Origin: an uncultured Endomicrobiia bacterium
Lineage (GTDB): Bacteria; Elusimicrobiota; Endomicrobiia; DTEH01
Assembly (NCBI GenBank): GCA_938074745.1
Contig: CALJEJ010000064.1
Coordinates: 1,589 to 65,588 of the forward strand
Length of the DNA: 64,000 nt
Direction of reading: 5' to 3'
A program made the translations under genes and the position numbers. Shown one piece after another: positions 29,549 through 38,716 of this stretch. The notes under the pieces were generated by a model that saw only the letters and a list, made by a program, of their open reading frames with translations, made no database searches and was not told the DNA's origin. Position 1 is the stretch's first letter. Each line of letters starts with the position of its first letter.

Positions 29549-31652
29549 ACATATGAACTCGCAATTATATTCTTTATTATCTTTAACACCGTCAGAACAA
29601 TCTATTGATTATGTAAAAAATAAGACACAGTTCCAACTACATACATTGGTTACAGAACAACGGCATAAAAAAACGTGGAACTTAAGTTTTGTAATAAAAC
29701 AAGATGTTGCTGAAGGGTTAAAACAAATCTTTAGCGTAGATGAAGATATAGTAGAAAAATTTCAAAAAATCTGTAATGACAAAGAGGTCATAAATACACT
29801 TTATCAAGCAATAGAATCTGTAGTTGAATCTATCCTTGAAGGAAAAAAAGTTTATGTTTATGGTTGTGGTGCTACAGGAAGGTTGGCAAAACAAATGGAA
29901 TCTGCTTTGTGGAAACCTTTCTGGCGTAAAGTGAAACAACATAGTTTATGGGAAAAACTAAAAAAATTTTTACCTACGGATATTGACGAAAAACTTATTG
30001 GCGAGATGACTGGTGGTGACCGTGCATTGATAAGTGCGTTAGAAGGGTTTGAAGATCTACAGTTAATAGGTGAACTACAATTAAAAGACCGTGGTGTGGA
30101 AAAAGGTGATACTGTATTTTGTATTACAGAAGGTGGAGAAACGTCCTCAGTTATCGGTACAATACTTGCCGCAGCAAAATTATACGAAGAAACTGAGACA
30201 CAAACAATCCAACAATCTAAAAAAAAGTTGTATTTTATCTACAACAACCCTGACGAAGTTCTCCGCCCGTTTGAAAGAAGTAGAACCGTACTTGACCATC
30301 CGGGAATAACAAAAATTAATTTAACTACAGGGCCACAAGCAATCACTGGTTCTACCCGAATGCAAGCTACTACTTCAGAAACATACCTGTTAGGAATAAT
30401 TTTAGAAACCAGTGTTTATCAACTGCTTAAAAAGTTTTTAACACAACAAGAACTTTACCAACTCGGATTTCACAGGTATGAATCTAAAAGTATAAAAGAA
30501 AGATTATTATATTTTTCTACTATCCGACAGATAATATTACAACAAATTCCTGAGATAACAAAATTTACTATCTTAGAATATGAAACATACAACACAAAAC
30601 ATTACTCTACTTATTTTGCAAAATCTGCTTTAATTACTGTGTTTATTGACTGTGCAGAACGTTCCCCTACTTTCAGGTTGTTCTCGTTAGATACAATATA
30701 CGAACAAACACGTAAATGTTGGGTTCAAGTGTTCACCGAAGGAAATAATTGGCAACAAGCATGGGAAACTTTTCTTGGACGGCGCTTCTACGGACTTAAA
30801 GAAGAATTTTACAAACCCCAACTGGAACAAAAAATTGACGATGTGTTCCTTAAACAAACTGCGTTAAAAAGTTTATCTAATGCTACACAAGAACAGGAAA
30901 CATATTACGACTTCTCTTTTTCTGAAGAAAATCTTTCACGAAACAATGGTGTAAAAAAACCTCGTGAACACGACCTCGGAGTTATAATTCTTGTAGATGA
31001 CGAGATAAAAGAACTTGGTAACAAAGAAACTTCTGTTTATAAATTTATTCAGTTATGTAAGGACAACAATGTAAACCTGTGTATTATAACAGTTTCAAAC
31101 CAGCATAAAACACAACTACAAAGTTATATTGACAATGTGAAACATTTATTAACCGAGAAAGACCTGTGGTTAAACTTTTCGTTATTAGACGGCGAACCTG
31201 ACCCACTCAATATTAACAGACAAATTTTGTTAAAAGTTTTGCTTAATGCACATTCTACTGCTGTGATGACTTTGCTTGGCCGTGTTGTAGGTAACACAAT
31301 GGTTTTTGTGAACCCGAGCAATTTAAAGTTAATAGGTCGGGCAACTTATTTAATTATGACACATGTGAACGATACTATCTCTTCTAAATTTTGGATAGAA
31401 AATTTTGGTTATATTCCTTTACTTTCTTACGAAGAAGTTAATGCTGTATTATTTGACGCAATTGAATATCTTAAAAACCATCCACAACAAATTGGCGAAG
31501 TTGCAATATCTATAGTACGAATTTTGGAAACTTTGAAAACAAAGAAAAATGTCAGTTGGGAACAAGCAATAAAAATTGTTGAAACGGAAGGGTTGGAAAA
31601 CTATCTTCTACGGCATAACCCAAAGTTGAAAGAATTGCCTATAAGTAGATAA
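29532..31652 (+). CDS. 706-aa SIS-domain protein of the MurQ (MurNAc-6-P etherase) / GCKR lineage, probably two SIS domains
   Basis: VYVYGCGATGRLAKQ (MurQ-like GxGTSGRLG) and ITGSTRMQATTSETYLLGII (MurQ GSTRLKSGTAQK); 17-nt overlap with the upstream gene. Confidence 0.6.
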   Translation: MNIKNKHMNSQLYSLLSLTPSEQSIDYVKNKTQFQLHTLVTEQRHKKTWNLSFVIKQDVAEGLKQIFSVDEDIVEKFQKICNDKEVINTLYQAIESVVESILEGKKVYVYGCGATGRLAKQMESALWKPFWRKVKQHSLWEKLKKFLPTDIDEKLIGEMTGGDRALISALEGFEDLQLIGELQLKDRGVEKGDTVFCITEGGETSSVIGTILAAAKLYEETETQTIQQSKKKLYFIYNNPDEVLRPFERSRTVLDHPGITKINLTTGPQAITGSTRMQATTSETYLLGIILETSVYQLLKKFLTQQELYQLGFHRYESKSIKERLLYFSTIRQIILQQIPEITKFTILEYETYNTKHYSTYFAKSALITVFIDCAERSPTFRLFSLDTIYEQTRKCWVQVFTEGNNWQQAWETFLGRRFYGLKEEFYKPQLEQKIDDVFLKQTALKSLSNATQEQETYYDFSFSEENLSRNNGVKKPREHDLGVIILVDDEIKELGNKETSVYKFIQLCKDNNVNLCIITVSNQHKTQLQSYIDNVKHLLTEKDLWLNFSLLDGEPDPLNINRQILLKVLLNAHSTAVMTLLGRVVGNTMVFVNPSNLKLIGRATYLIMTHVNDTISSKFWIENFGYIPLLSYEEVNAVLFDAIEYLKNHPQQIGEVAISIVRILETLKTKKNVSWEQAIKIVETEGLENYLLRHNPKLKELPISR

Positions 31653-31663
31653 GAACGTTTTCT

Positions 31664-31739
31664 TGGCGTCAACGGGATTTGAACCCGTGATCTCCGCCTT
31701 GAGAGAGCGGCGTCCTAAACCAGCCTAGACGATGACGCC
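31664..31739 (-). tRNA. tRNA-Glu (anticodon CTC)
   Basis: Reverse complement GGCGTCA-TC-GTCT-AGGCTGGTTTA-GGAC-G-CCGCT-CTCTCAA-GGCGG-AGATC-ACGGG-TTCAAAT-CCCGT-TGACGCC-A folds as a cloverleaf; close to the bacterial tRNA-Glu consensus; CCA not encoded. Confidence 0.8.
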
Positions 31740-31809
31740 ATATTTTTTTATTACTAAAAATCTTTATAAAAGTTCAATAATTACACCAAAATTTTTAAGG
31801 AAGGTTGAA

Positions 31810-32649
31810 ATGAAACAAAAAACTGACTGGAACTTAAAATTCTTCCGTGAAGTGTTTAATTTAGAATCGTTACATTTTGGTTATTGGGAAGAAACACAAG
31901 AAATTAACCTTGAGAACCTTAAACTTGCACAAAATAGATATATTGAAGTTTTGTGTTCAAAAATACCTCCCGAAATAAAAACTATTCTTGACGTAGGAGC
32001 AGGAACTGGCGAAATTACTAAGTTGCTTTATCAAAAAGGTTATGAAGTAGAAAGTGTCTCACCAGATGAGTATCAATACAAAATTTTTAAATCTAAATGT
32101 CATCAAATAAAATTTTATCTTTCCCGATTTAAGGATTTAAATATAAACAAATCTTACGACTTAATTCTTATGGCGGAAAGTTGTCAGTACCTGAAACTGG
32201 GAAAAATTTTCCCTAAATGTTTACAGTTGTTAAATACTAACGGATATCTCCTCGTCGCAGATTATTTCCGAAAACAAAATACAAAGTTTTATCATACCAC
32301 ACATGTATTATCACAATTTTTTGATGAAGCAAGAAAGTATAACTTCAAAATAATCTTAGACGAAGATATTACTAAAAAAGTTTTACCTACGTTATTACTC
32401 GGAAGAAAAATATATACAACATATGTATTACCGAGTATAGAAATTCTTGCAGGATATTTTGTAGACAAATATCCGTTGTTGACAAAAATAATAAACTTGT
32501 TGTTCTTCAATAAAATAAGAAAAATTGAATATTATATATACACACATACAAAGAAAAAACTTGATATTGAAGAATTTGAACACAAAATGTCTTACAGAAT
32601 AATTCTGTTAAAAAATAGTTTCCAAAGTACCGTTATGCAAGGATTTTAG
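31810..32649 (+). CDS. class I SAM-dependent methyltransferase
   Basis: Motif I ILDVGAGTGEIT; RBS AAGGAAGG upstream of ATG 31810; the track ORF start at 31732 overlaps the tRNA and is unlikely. Confidence 0.7.
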   Translation: MKQKTDWNLKFFREVFNLESLHFGYWEETQEINLENLKLAQNRYIEVLCSKIPPEIKTILDVGAGTGEITKLLYQKGYEVESVSPDEYQYKIFKSKCHQIKFYLSRFKDLNINKSYDLILMAESCQYLKLGKIFPKCLQLLNTNGYLLVADYFRKQNTKFYHTTHVLSQFFDEARKYNFKIILDEDITKKVLPTLLLGRKIYTTYVLPSIEILAGYFVDKYPLLTKIINLLFFNKIRKIEYYIYTHTKKKLDIEEFEHKMSYRIILLKNSFQSTVMQGF

Positions 32650-32655
32650 AACCAC

Positions 32656-32823
32656 AGGTGGTAGGTGAATAGCAGGTAGGTGGATAGGAAGTGTTTGGTT
32701 GATAGCCAATAGTCCACGGTAGAAAGAAGTGAAAAAAATGTAGCGGCAAAGCGCCAGCTTTGCTTTTGGAGTAGAGGCTTTAGCCTCGTGAAAGTAGACG
32801 GCGTTTAACCGCCGTCTACAAAG
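32656..32823 (+). repeat. full modular repeat copy: A + B + C + D + E
   Basis: Same module order as 28118-28268, including hairpins gcaaagc-gcca-gctttgc, gaggctttagcctc, gtagacggcg-tttaa-cgccgtctac. Confidence 0.8.
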
Positions 32824-32950
32824 ATTACCTTATTTTGGGGTAGTGCAACGACCATATCGTTGCGGAAATTTTATATACTAATTACTAATTACCAATTACT
32901 GGTTACAAATTTCACAAAGAAAGTTAACAAAACTTTCCAAAAATAAAAAT

Positions 32951-34726
32951 ATGGGAGTTATACCGGTCATAGATTGGATAATTGTAGTAGGATACATAAT
33001 TGCTGCAATTGTAATCGGAATTATCTTGTCAAAAAAAGCAACTGCTGATACAAATTCATACTTTGTTTCTTCAAGAAATTTACCTTGGTGGTTGTTGGGA
33101 ACATCAATGGTTGCAACAACGTTCGCTGCAGATACGCCGTTAGCAGTTTCTGGTCTCGTGATAAAACAAGGTATTGCAGGGAACTGGTACTGGTGGTCGG
33201 GAGTGTTAAGTGGTATGTTAGGCGTGTTTCTGTATTCACATTTATGGCGACGGTCTGAAATAGTCACTGATACAGAACTTGTAGAATTGAGATATTCAGG
33301 TAAAGGTGCAGCGGTTCTAAGAGGTTTTCGTGCATTGTATTTTTCTATAATCTACAACAGTATTGTAATGGGCTGGGTGAACCTCGCAATGGCAAAAATT
33401 TTGTCCGAGACATTGGGATTGCCAAAGTTGCAAGCAACAGGGTTGTGTTTCTTAATCACTGTTGTATACACAGCGTCAGCAGGACTATGGGGTGTTGTGC
33501 TGACAGATTTTTTACAGTTTGCAATAGCTATGGGCGGGTCAATTATTATGACAATAATTGTGGTTTCTAAAACTGGCGGTATGGGAGAAATTTTTGCTAA
33601 ACTTGCTACAATATACGGTCCACAACGTGCCTCTTCTATGACAAGTTTAATCCCTACAAACGCGTTAGTAATGCCGTTAGGATTTTTTTTAATTTATATC
33701 GGATTACAATGGTGGACTACAGGGAATACAGACGGCGGAGGATATTTTGCTCAACGGATGCTCGCTGCAAAAAACGAATTTCATGCAAAACTTGGGTTCT
33801 TATGGGGAAATATTGCACATTATATCCTTCGTTCCTGGCCTTGGGTAATCTGTGGTTTAGCAGCTGCTGTGATTTATTACAAAATAGACCCTTCCACAGG
33901 AAACCTTGTATATGCAGTTGGAAAAAAAGCTGGACAAATAGCCGACCCTGAAGTTGGGTATATCCGATTAATGATAGATTATTTACCTTCGGGTTTGCTC
34001 GGATTAATGTTAGCATCGTTTGTTGCCGCGTATATGTCTACAATTGATACACAACTTAACTGGGGTGCAAGTTATCTTATAAACGATTTCTATAAACGGT
34101 TCATTGTAAAAAATGCTAACGAGAACCATTATGTTACAATGTCTATAATAGCAACAATATTTATTGCATTATGTGGTGTTGGGATGACATTGTTAATGAA
34201 CTCAATTTCAGGCGCTTGGTTTTTGTTGACTGCAATAAACGCAGGGATTGGTGTTGTTTATCTTTTACGATGGTACTGGTGGAGAATAAACGCATATAGC
34301 GAAATTGCAGCAATGGCTACTGCATTTGTTGTTGCATTCATCTTGTTTAAGTTTACAAAAATAAAATTTCCTGTGAGTTTGTTATACAGCGTACCTATAA
34401 CTTTTGTTGTTTGGATAACAGTAACTTTTCTTACACCGCCAGTAGAAGAGAAAAAATTGTTTTCGTTTTATAAAAAAGTTCGTCCTGGAGGGCCCGGATG
34501 GAAAAAAATTGCCCTACAAATACCCGGTTGTGAAAATGACAAAATCGGTGTTTATAAAATCCTTGGCTGGATATTCGGTGTAATTGCAGTATATGGTGTT
34601 ATGTTTGGGATAGGTTCGTGGGTAATTCATGGGTTGTCTACAACATCCGGAGTTTTACTTATTTTAGGAATTTTCGGATTTTATAAAGTTTATCGTATAT
34701 TAGCAAACGAAAGAAAATTAAGTTAA
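32951..34726 (+). CDS. sodium:solute symporter (SSS) family transporter
   Basis: 591 aa, about 13 TM helices, SSS-family conserved blocks. Confidence 0.8.
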   Translation: MGVIPVIDWIIVVGYIIAAIVIGIILSKKATADTNSYFVSSRNLPWWLLGTSMVATTFAADTPLAVSGLVIKQGIAGNWYWWSGVLSGMLGVFLYSHLWRRSEIVTDTELVELRYSGKGAAVLRGFRALYFSIIYNSIVMGWVNLAMAKILSETLGLPKLQATGLCFLITVVYTASAGLWGVVLTDFLQFAIAMGGSIIMTIIVVSKTGGMGEIFAKLATIYGPQRASSMTSLIPTNALVMPLGFFLIYIGLQWWTTGNTDGGGYFAQRMLAAKNEFHAKLGFLWGNIAHYILRSWPWVICGLAAAVIYYKIDPSTGNLVYAVGKKAGQIADPEVGYIRLMIDYLPSGLLGLMLASFVAAYMSTIDTQLNWGASYLINDFYKRFIVKNANENHYVTMSIIATIFIALCGVGMTLLMNSISGAWFLLTAINAGIGVVYLLRWYWWRINAYSEIAAMATAFVVAFILFKFTKIKFPVSLLYSVPITFVVWITVTFLTPPVEEKKLFSFYKKVRPGGPGWKKIALQIPGCENDKIGVYKILGWIFGVIAVYGVMFGIGSWVIHGLSTTSGVLLILGIFGFYKVYRILANERKLS

Positions 34727-34751
34727 AAACTTTTTATATCAAAAAACTTCT

Positions 34752-35360
34752 ATGTTAAAAATTCTTGCTGGAGAAAAAAAAGGACATAAAATTTACTCAC
34801 CAAAACATATCCGTCCAATTCTTGCACAGATAAAAAAGTCTGTGTTTGATATTATAAAACATCTAATAAACGGTTCGTTATTTCTTGATTTGTACGCAGG
34901 AAGTGGTTCTGTAGGAATTGAAGCGTTATCTCGTGGAAGTAAATTTTGTGTGTTTGTAGAAAAAGATAGATTATGTGTCAAAACAATTCTTAAAAATCTT
35001 TCTTTATTACAACTGTCACAAAAAAGTTTTGTTATTACTGCAGACATTTTAAAAGACCTTTACTGGATAGAAAAAGCAAGAAATGTAATTAAAAAAAATT
35101 TTAATAAAACAGAGTTTGATATAATATTTGTTGGAGCACCGTATGTGGAAAAATCGTATTCTAAAAATGAAATTAAGTTAGCAAACCTATGCTCTGATAC
35201 AATTCAAATATTGTCAAACAGCAAATTATTAAGCTACAACGGATTATTGATTGTTCAACATAGCCTAAAGGAACAAATCAATCCAGGAAAGTTCCTCCTC
35301 GTAAGAAGAAAGAAATACGGAGATACAATCGTCTCATTTTTTAGTGAAAGCAAACAATAA
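34752..35360 (+). CDS. RsmD-like 16S rRNA m2G methyltransferase paralog with altered catalytic motif
   Basis: Motif I LDLYAGSGSVGIEALSRG; motif IV position reads FVGAPYV instead of DPP(Y/F). Confidence 0.65.
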   Translation: MLKILAGEKKGHKIYSPKHIRPILAQIKKSVFDIIKHLINGSLFLDLYAGSGSVGIEALSRGSKFCVFVEKDRLCVKTILKNLSLLQLSQKSFVITADILKDLYWIEKARNVIKKNFNKTEFDIIFVGAPYVEKSYSKNEIKLANLCSDTIQILSNSKLLSYNGLLIVQHSLKEQINPGKFLLVRRKKYGDTIVSFFSESKQ

Positions 35361-35416
35361 CAGATGAAATGCTAAATCAGTATTTGGTGATTTTGAAATT
35401 ATTTTGAAAGATATAA

Positions 35417-35824
35417 TTACACTACTGCAGTAACACTTAAAGTGGCGTGTAGTACACCTTTTACAGCAGCAAGACGGTCTTTAAGTGTTTGTACATCTTG
35501 GCCTTTACCACGAGTAAGAATTACTTCTAAACAGTTCTCAGAGTCTAAATGTATATGTTGAGAAGCAACAATCATATCCTGAAATTCATGTTGGATATCT
35601 ACAATTTTGTCTACTAATTCTCGTTTGTGATGGTTATAAACTATAGAAATAACTCCTACTATTTGTTGGTTTAATTCCCACGATTTTTTTACAAACTCTG
35701 CCCGAATAAGGTCACGAATCGCTTCAGAACGGTTCTTATATTTTCGTTCTTTTATAAATTTATCAAACTTGACAAGCAACTCTTGAGGTATTGCAACACC
35801 AAACCGTTTAAGTTTTGAGTTCAT
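35417..35824 (-). CDS. nikR: nickel-responsive regulator NikR
   Basis: Ribbon-helix-helix N-terminus (KRFGVAIPQELL...) and C-terminal His/Cys nickel-site pattern (HH...H...C). Confidence 0.8.
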   Translation of the reverse strand: MNSKLKRFGVAIPQELLVKFDKFIKERKYKNRSEAIRDLIRAEFVKKSWELNQQIVGVISIVYNHHKRELVDKIVDIQHEFQDMIVASQHIHLDSENCLEVILTRGKGQDVQTLKDRLAAVKGVLHATLSVTAVV

Positions 35825-35886
35825 AAGTTAGCTAAAAAACTGTCAATTAAACCTTCTCTCATTTGTACATCAAGCTAAATTTTTCT

Positions 35887-35958
35887 CTCCGGGGCGTGGA
35901 CTCGAACCACGACAAAGGGATCCAAAGTCCCTTGTGCTACCAATTACACCACCCCGGA
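35887..35958 (-). tRNA. tRNA-Gln (anticodon TTG)
   Basis: Reverse complement TCCGGGG-TG-GTGT-AATTGGTA-GCAC-A-AGGGA-CTTTGGA-TCCCT-TTGT-CGTGG-TTCGAGT-CCACG-CCCCGGA-G; U1-A72 pair typical of tRNA-Gln. Confidence 0.8.
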
Positions 35959-36040
35959 AAAATAAATTCAAATTTATTGACCGATACAAAATTTAAAATT
36001 TTGTTTCAACTGTCAGAAAAAAGAAAAAATTGTGCTGTTG

Positions 36041-36895
36041 TTATAAATCACCATAATTTGTAGAGCTTTCTATTTTAAGATAAAGATCTAACAACTTAGC
36101 AGCGTTCTCATAAAAAATTTTGTGTTCAATTTCTTTACCTAAGTTTAACTTTAAAACCTTTTGTTTAATTTCTTTGGCAGACTTCCACGGAAAATCGCTA
36201 CCAAAAAGTATTTTGTCTACGCCATGTAATAAAATCATACTTTTTAACTGTTGTTCATCCATTTCTGTAGTATACCCGAGGTCAAAATATACATTTTCAC
36301 CTAACAAAAATTTTTCTACTTCTTGCCACATTTTATACCCGCCCATGTGAGCAAGAATAAATTTTAACCCTTTGATTGATAGTAATTGTTTGAACCGTTG
36401 TGGAGAACCTTTCAATGTTGGAATTACAAGATCAACACCAGAATGAAATAATATTATTAATCCATGTTTTACACACAAATCATAGATTTTGTACATTCTA
36501 TCTTCGTCAGGATAAAAATTTTGGTAATCAGGGTGTAACTTGATACCTTTGACCTCGTGTGTTTTTAAAAACAAAACTTGTTCTTCTAACTCTTGAGCTG
36601 AAAGTTCAGGATGTAAACTACCAAAACATAGTACAGAAAAATTGTTAGAATAAAAATTCTCCCAAAACATTTTGTTTATTTCTACCATTTTTTTATTTAT
36701 ACTTTTTACCTGTTGAGCTCGTGTAGCTACAGGAAGGTTTATAGATATGCTAACATTATCTCGTTGCATAAATTTAAGTAACGAATTTAATGTACCGTCA
36801 CCATGGTAGGACACATTTGCAGTTTTTGCAAGGGTGGAGACTGTTTGTAAAGCTATATTGTCAGGGAAAAAATGTGTATGAAAATCTATCAACAT
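36041..36895 (-). CDS. amidohydrolase-2 family TIM-barrel metal-dependent hydrolase
   Basis: MLIDFHTHFFPD N-terminal metal-binding motif; 284 aa. Confidence 0.65.
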   Translation of the reverse strand: MLIDFHTHFFPDNIALQTVSTLAKTANVSYHGDGTLNSLLKFMQRDNVSISINLPVATRAQQVKSINKKMVEINKMFWENFYSNNFSVLCFGSLHPELSAQELEEQVLFLKTHEVKGIKLHPDYQNFYPDEDRMYKIYDLCVKHGLIILFHSGVDLVIPTLKGSPQRFKQLLSIKGLKFILAHMGGYKMWQEVEKFLLGENVYFDLGYTTEMDEQQLKSMILLHGVDKILFGSDFPWKSAKEIKQKVLKLNLGKEIEHKIFYENAAKLLDLYLKIESSTNYGDL

Positions 36896-36976
36896 ATAGA
36901 AATAAAAAAACAGTTAAAAATCTTATGTGATAATATGACGAACAAGGAAAGATAGCTAAAAATTGTAACGTAGAGT

Positions 36977-37684
36977 TTATAAATCTTTTAGCAACAGTTT
37001 AATTTTTACTGAGTTATTAATTTGTTTATACCATTCCTCTAATACAGCAACTTGTTTCTCCTGTAAAAGTTCTGTATAAAAATTTTCTTTTTCTTTATCA
37101 AAATCTTTTAATGAACCTTTTTTTTCTTTATACGCCATTTGTAGTTCTGGTTCTGAAATTTTTATTCCTGAAAGAATAAATTCTCTAAGTTTGAACATAG
37201 CAATACGTTTTTTCCGTGACAGTTCAAACTCTTTTGGCGTAGTCTTTAAACGCAAAAACAATGTCCTATAATATGTCTCTCTATCAAACTGGCCATTTTT
37301 TTGAAATGCAGGAATACGCATTATGTCATAAAATACTTCTTGATCAGTTACTACAATACCATATTTTTGTGCTTCTTGCCAGAAAACTTCTTCCTGTATA
37401 AGGTCTCTTAAAACTTGCTGTTTTAGAGATTTTATAACTTCGTCTGAGATATCGTTTGCTTGATCACGATAATTCTCTATTGCTTGATTAAGAAGTCTGT
37501 TGTATCTAGAAAGAGAAATTTTTTTACCGTTAACTATAGCAACTGTGTCAACCATAGAACCATATCTAATATATCCACCAAAACCTAAAAAAATTCCTGC
37601 TATAAATCCTACAATTGTAATAATAAAAATATTTTTTGTGTTTTTTTTCAAATAGTTGAATATGTTAAACTCTTTTTTTGCCAT
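36977..37684 (-). CDS. SurA-N-domain periplasmic chaperone-like protein (no PPIase domain)
   Basis: N-terminal TM anchor and SurA_N-like helical region. Confidence 0.5.
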   Translation of the reverse strand: MAKKEFNIFNYLKKNTKNIFIITIVGFIAGIFLGFGGYIRYGSMVDTVAIVNGKKISLSRYNRLLNQAIENYRDQANDISDEVIKSLKQQVLRDLIQEEVFWQEAQKYGIVVTDQEVFYDIMRIPAFQKNGQFDRETYYRTLFLRLKTTPKEFELSRKKRIAMFKLREFILSGIKISEPELQMAYKEKKGSLKDFDKEKENFYTELLQEKQVAVLEEWYKQINNSVKIKLLLKDL

Positions 37685-37773
37685 AAAAAAATGTCCTTTT
37701 AAACTGCAGATTAACTGGGTACGTTGAAATTTCTTTTTTTAAATAACTATAATAAAATTATTTATTATTCAAG

Positions 37774-37802
37774 GTTGACATAAAAAATTTTTTTTGGTAA
37801 AA
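37774..37802 (+). promoter_or_regulatory. candidate promoter: TTGACA, 17-nt spacer, TAAAAA, in the divergent 37685-37845 spacer
   Basis: Hexamers read directly; weak -10. Confidence 0.25.
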
Positions 37803-37845
37803 AATATATTAACATCAAAAAAATCACATCTGGAGAATAAAAATT

Positions 37846-38688
37846 GTGAAAAATCTTAGTTTAATGTTAATAACATTAACATTTTTATGTTGTTGTATTC
37901 CCACTGCTGAAAAAATAATTAAAGATGCATACAGGTATGAACAACAAAATAAGTTTGAGTTAGCAGAACAACAATATATAAAAATAATTGTTAAATATCC
38001 TCGAAGCAAATTTTCTGCCGAGGCTATGTATAGAATAGGTTTGATATATAAAGATATAAAAAAAGATTTCACACAGGCAACATTCTGGTTCAACCAACTA
38101 ATATCGCGCTACCCTGATAACAAATTTGTCCCTATGGCTCAAGTAGCAATTATGGAATCGCCGGATTATACCGGTGCAATAGACGGAAACTTACTTCTAC
38201 TTGGTGATGTGGAAACTTCGGGTAAAAACATGAGAATAAAAACTTTGTTCCAAAAACTGGATTATAATTTATACCTCTCAATATCCACATTATTCGCAGG
38301 AGAAAAATTTGTCCGTGAAGAAAAGACTTATTATTTAAAATCAAACGATGAAATAAGAGTATATTATCGTGACCCACGAATAAGTACTACACAGCTAGAT
38401 TTTACAACAATATTAAAATATCCATTAGAAGTAGGTAACAGTTGGAATACTTATAAAGAAAAAAAATCCGTAACTTATACTATAGTTGCTAAAGATTTAG
38501 AAGTAAAAATTGGAAATACAAAGTATAACAACTGTATAAAACTTCTTGAAACTTATAAAAACACTACCGGGATAAAATATATCTATTATGCACCTAATAT
38601 AGGATGTATCAAAATCACTACATCAACAAAAGATAATCCACATAAAGAGTTTCCTACGGTTTGTCTTATTTCTCATGGAGGTGTTTAG
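37846..38688 (+). CDS. TPR-containing lipoprotein (YbgF/CpoB-like)
   Basis: Signal peptide with Cys; TPR-like helices. Confidence 0.5.
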   Translation: MKNLSLMLITLTFLCCCIPTAEKIIKDAYRYEQQNKFELAEQQYIKIIVKYPRSKFSAEAMYRIGLIYKDIKKDFTQATFWFNQLISRYPDNKFVPMAQVAIMESPDYTGAIDGNLLLLGDVETSGKNMRIKTLFQKLDYNLYLSISTLFAGEKFVREEKTYYLKSNDEIRVYYRDPRISTTQLDFTTILKYPLEVGNSWNTYKEKKSVTYTIVAKDLEVKIGNTKYNNCIKLLETYKNTTGIKYIYYAPNIGCIKITTSTKDNPHKEFPTVCLISHGGV

Positions 38689-38716
38689 AATTTGCTAAAA
38701 GAAAGGAGAGGTTACT

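Noticed and set aside
29532-31652. Calling the 706-aa protein simply MurQ (MurNAc-6-P etherase)
   Set aside because: MurQ motifs are present, but the protein is more than twice MurQ length, with an apparent second SIS-like half. A plain etherase annotation would over-interpret it, so it is kept as a MurQ/GCKR-family SIS protein.
31732-31809. Track start of the methyltransferase ORF at 31732
   Set aside because: It would overlap tRNA-Glu on the opposite strand and lacks an RBS. Met at 31810 has AAGGAAGG upstream and begins the conserved domain.
35863-36063. 66-aa + strand ORF
   Set aside because: Overlaps the minus-strand tRNA-Gln almost entirely. It is a by-product of tRNA sequence in another frame.
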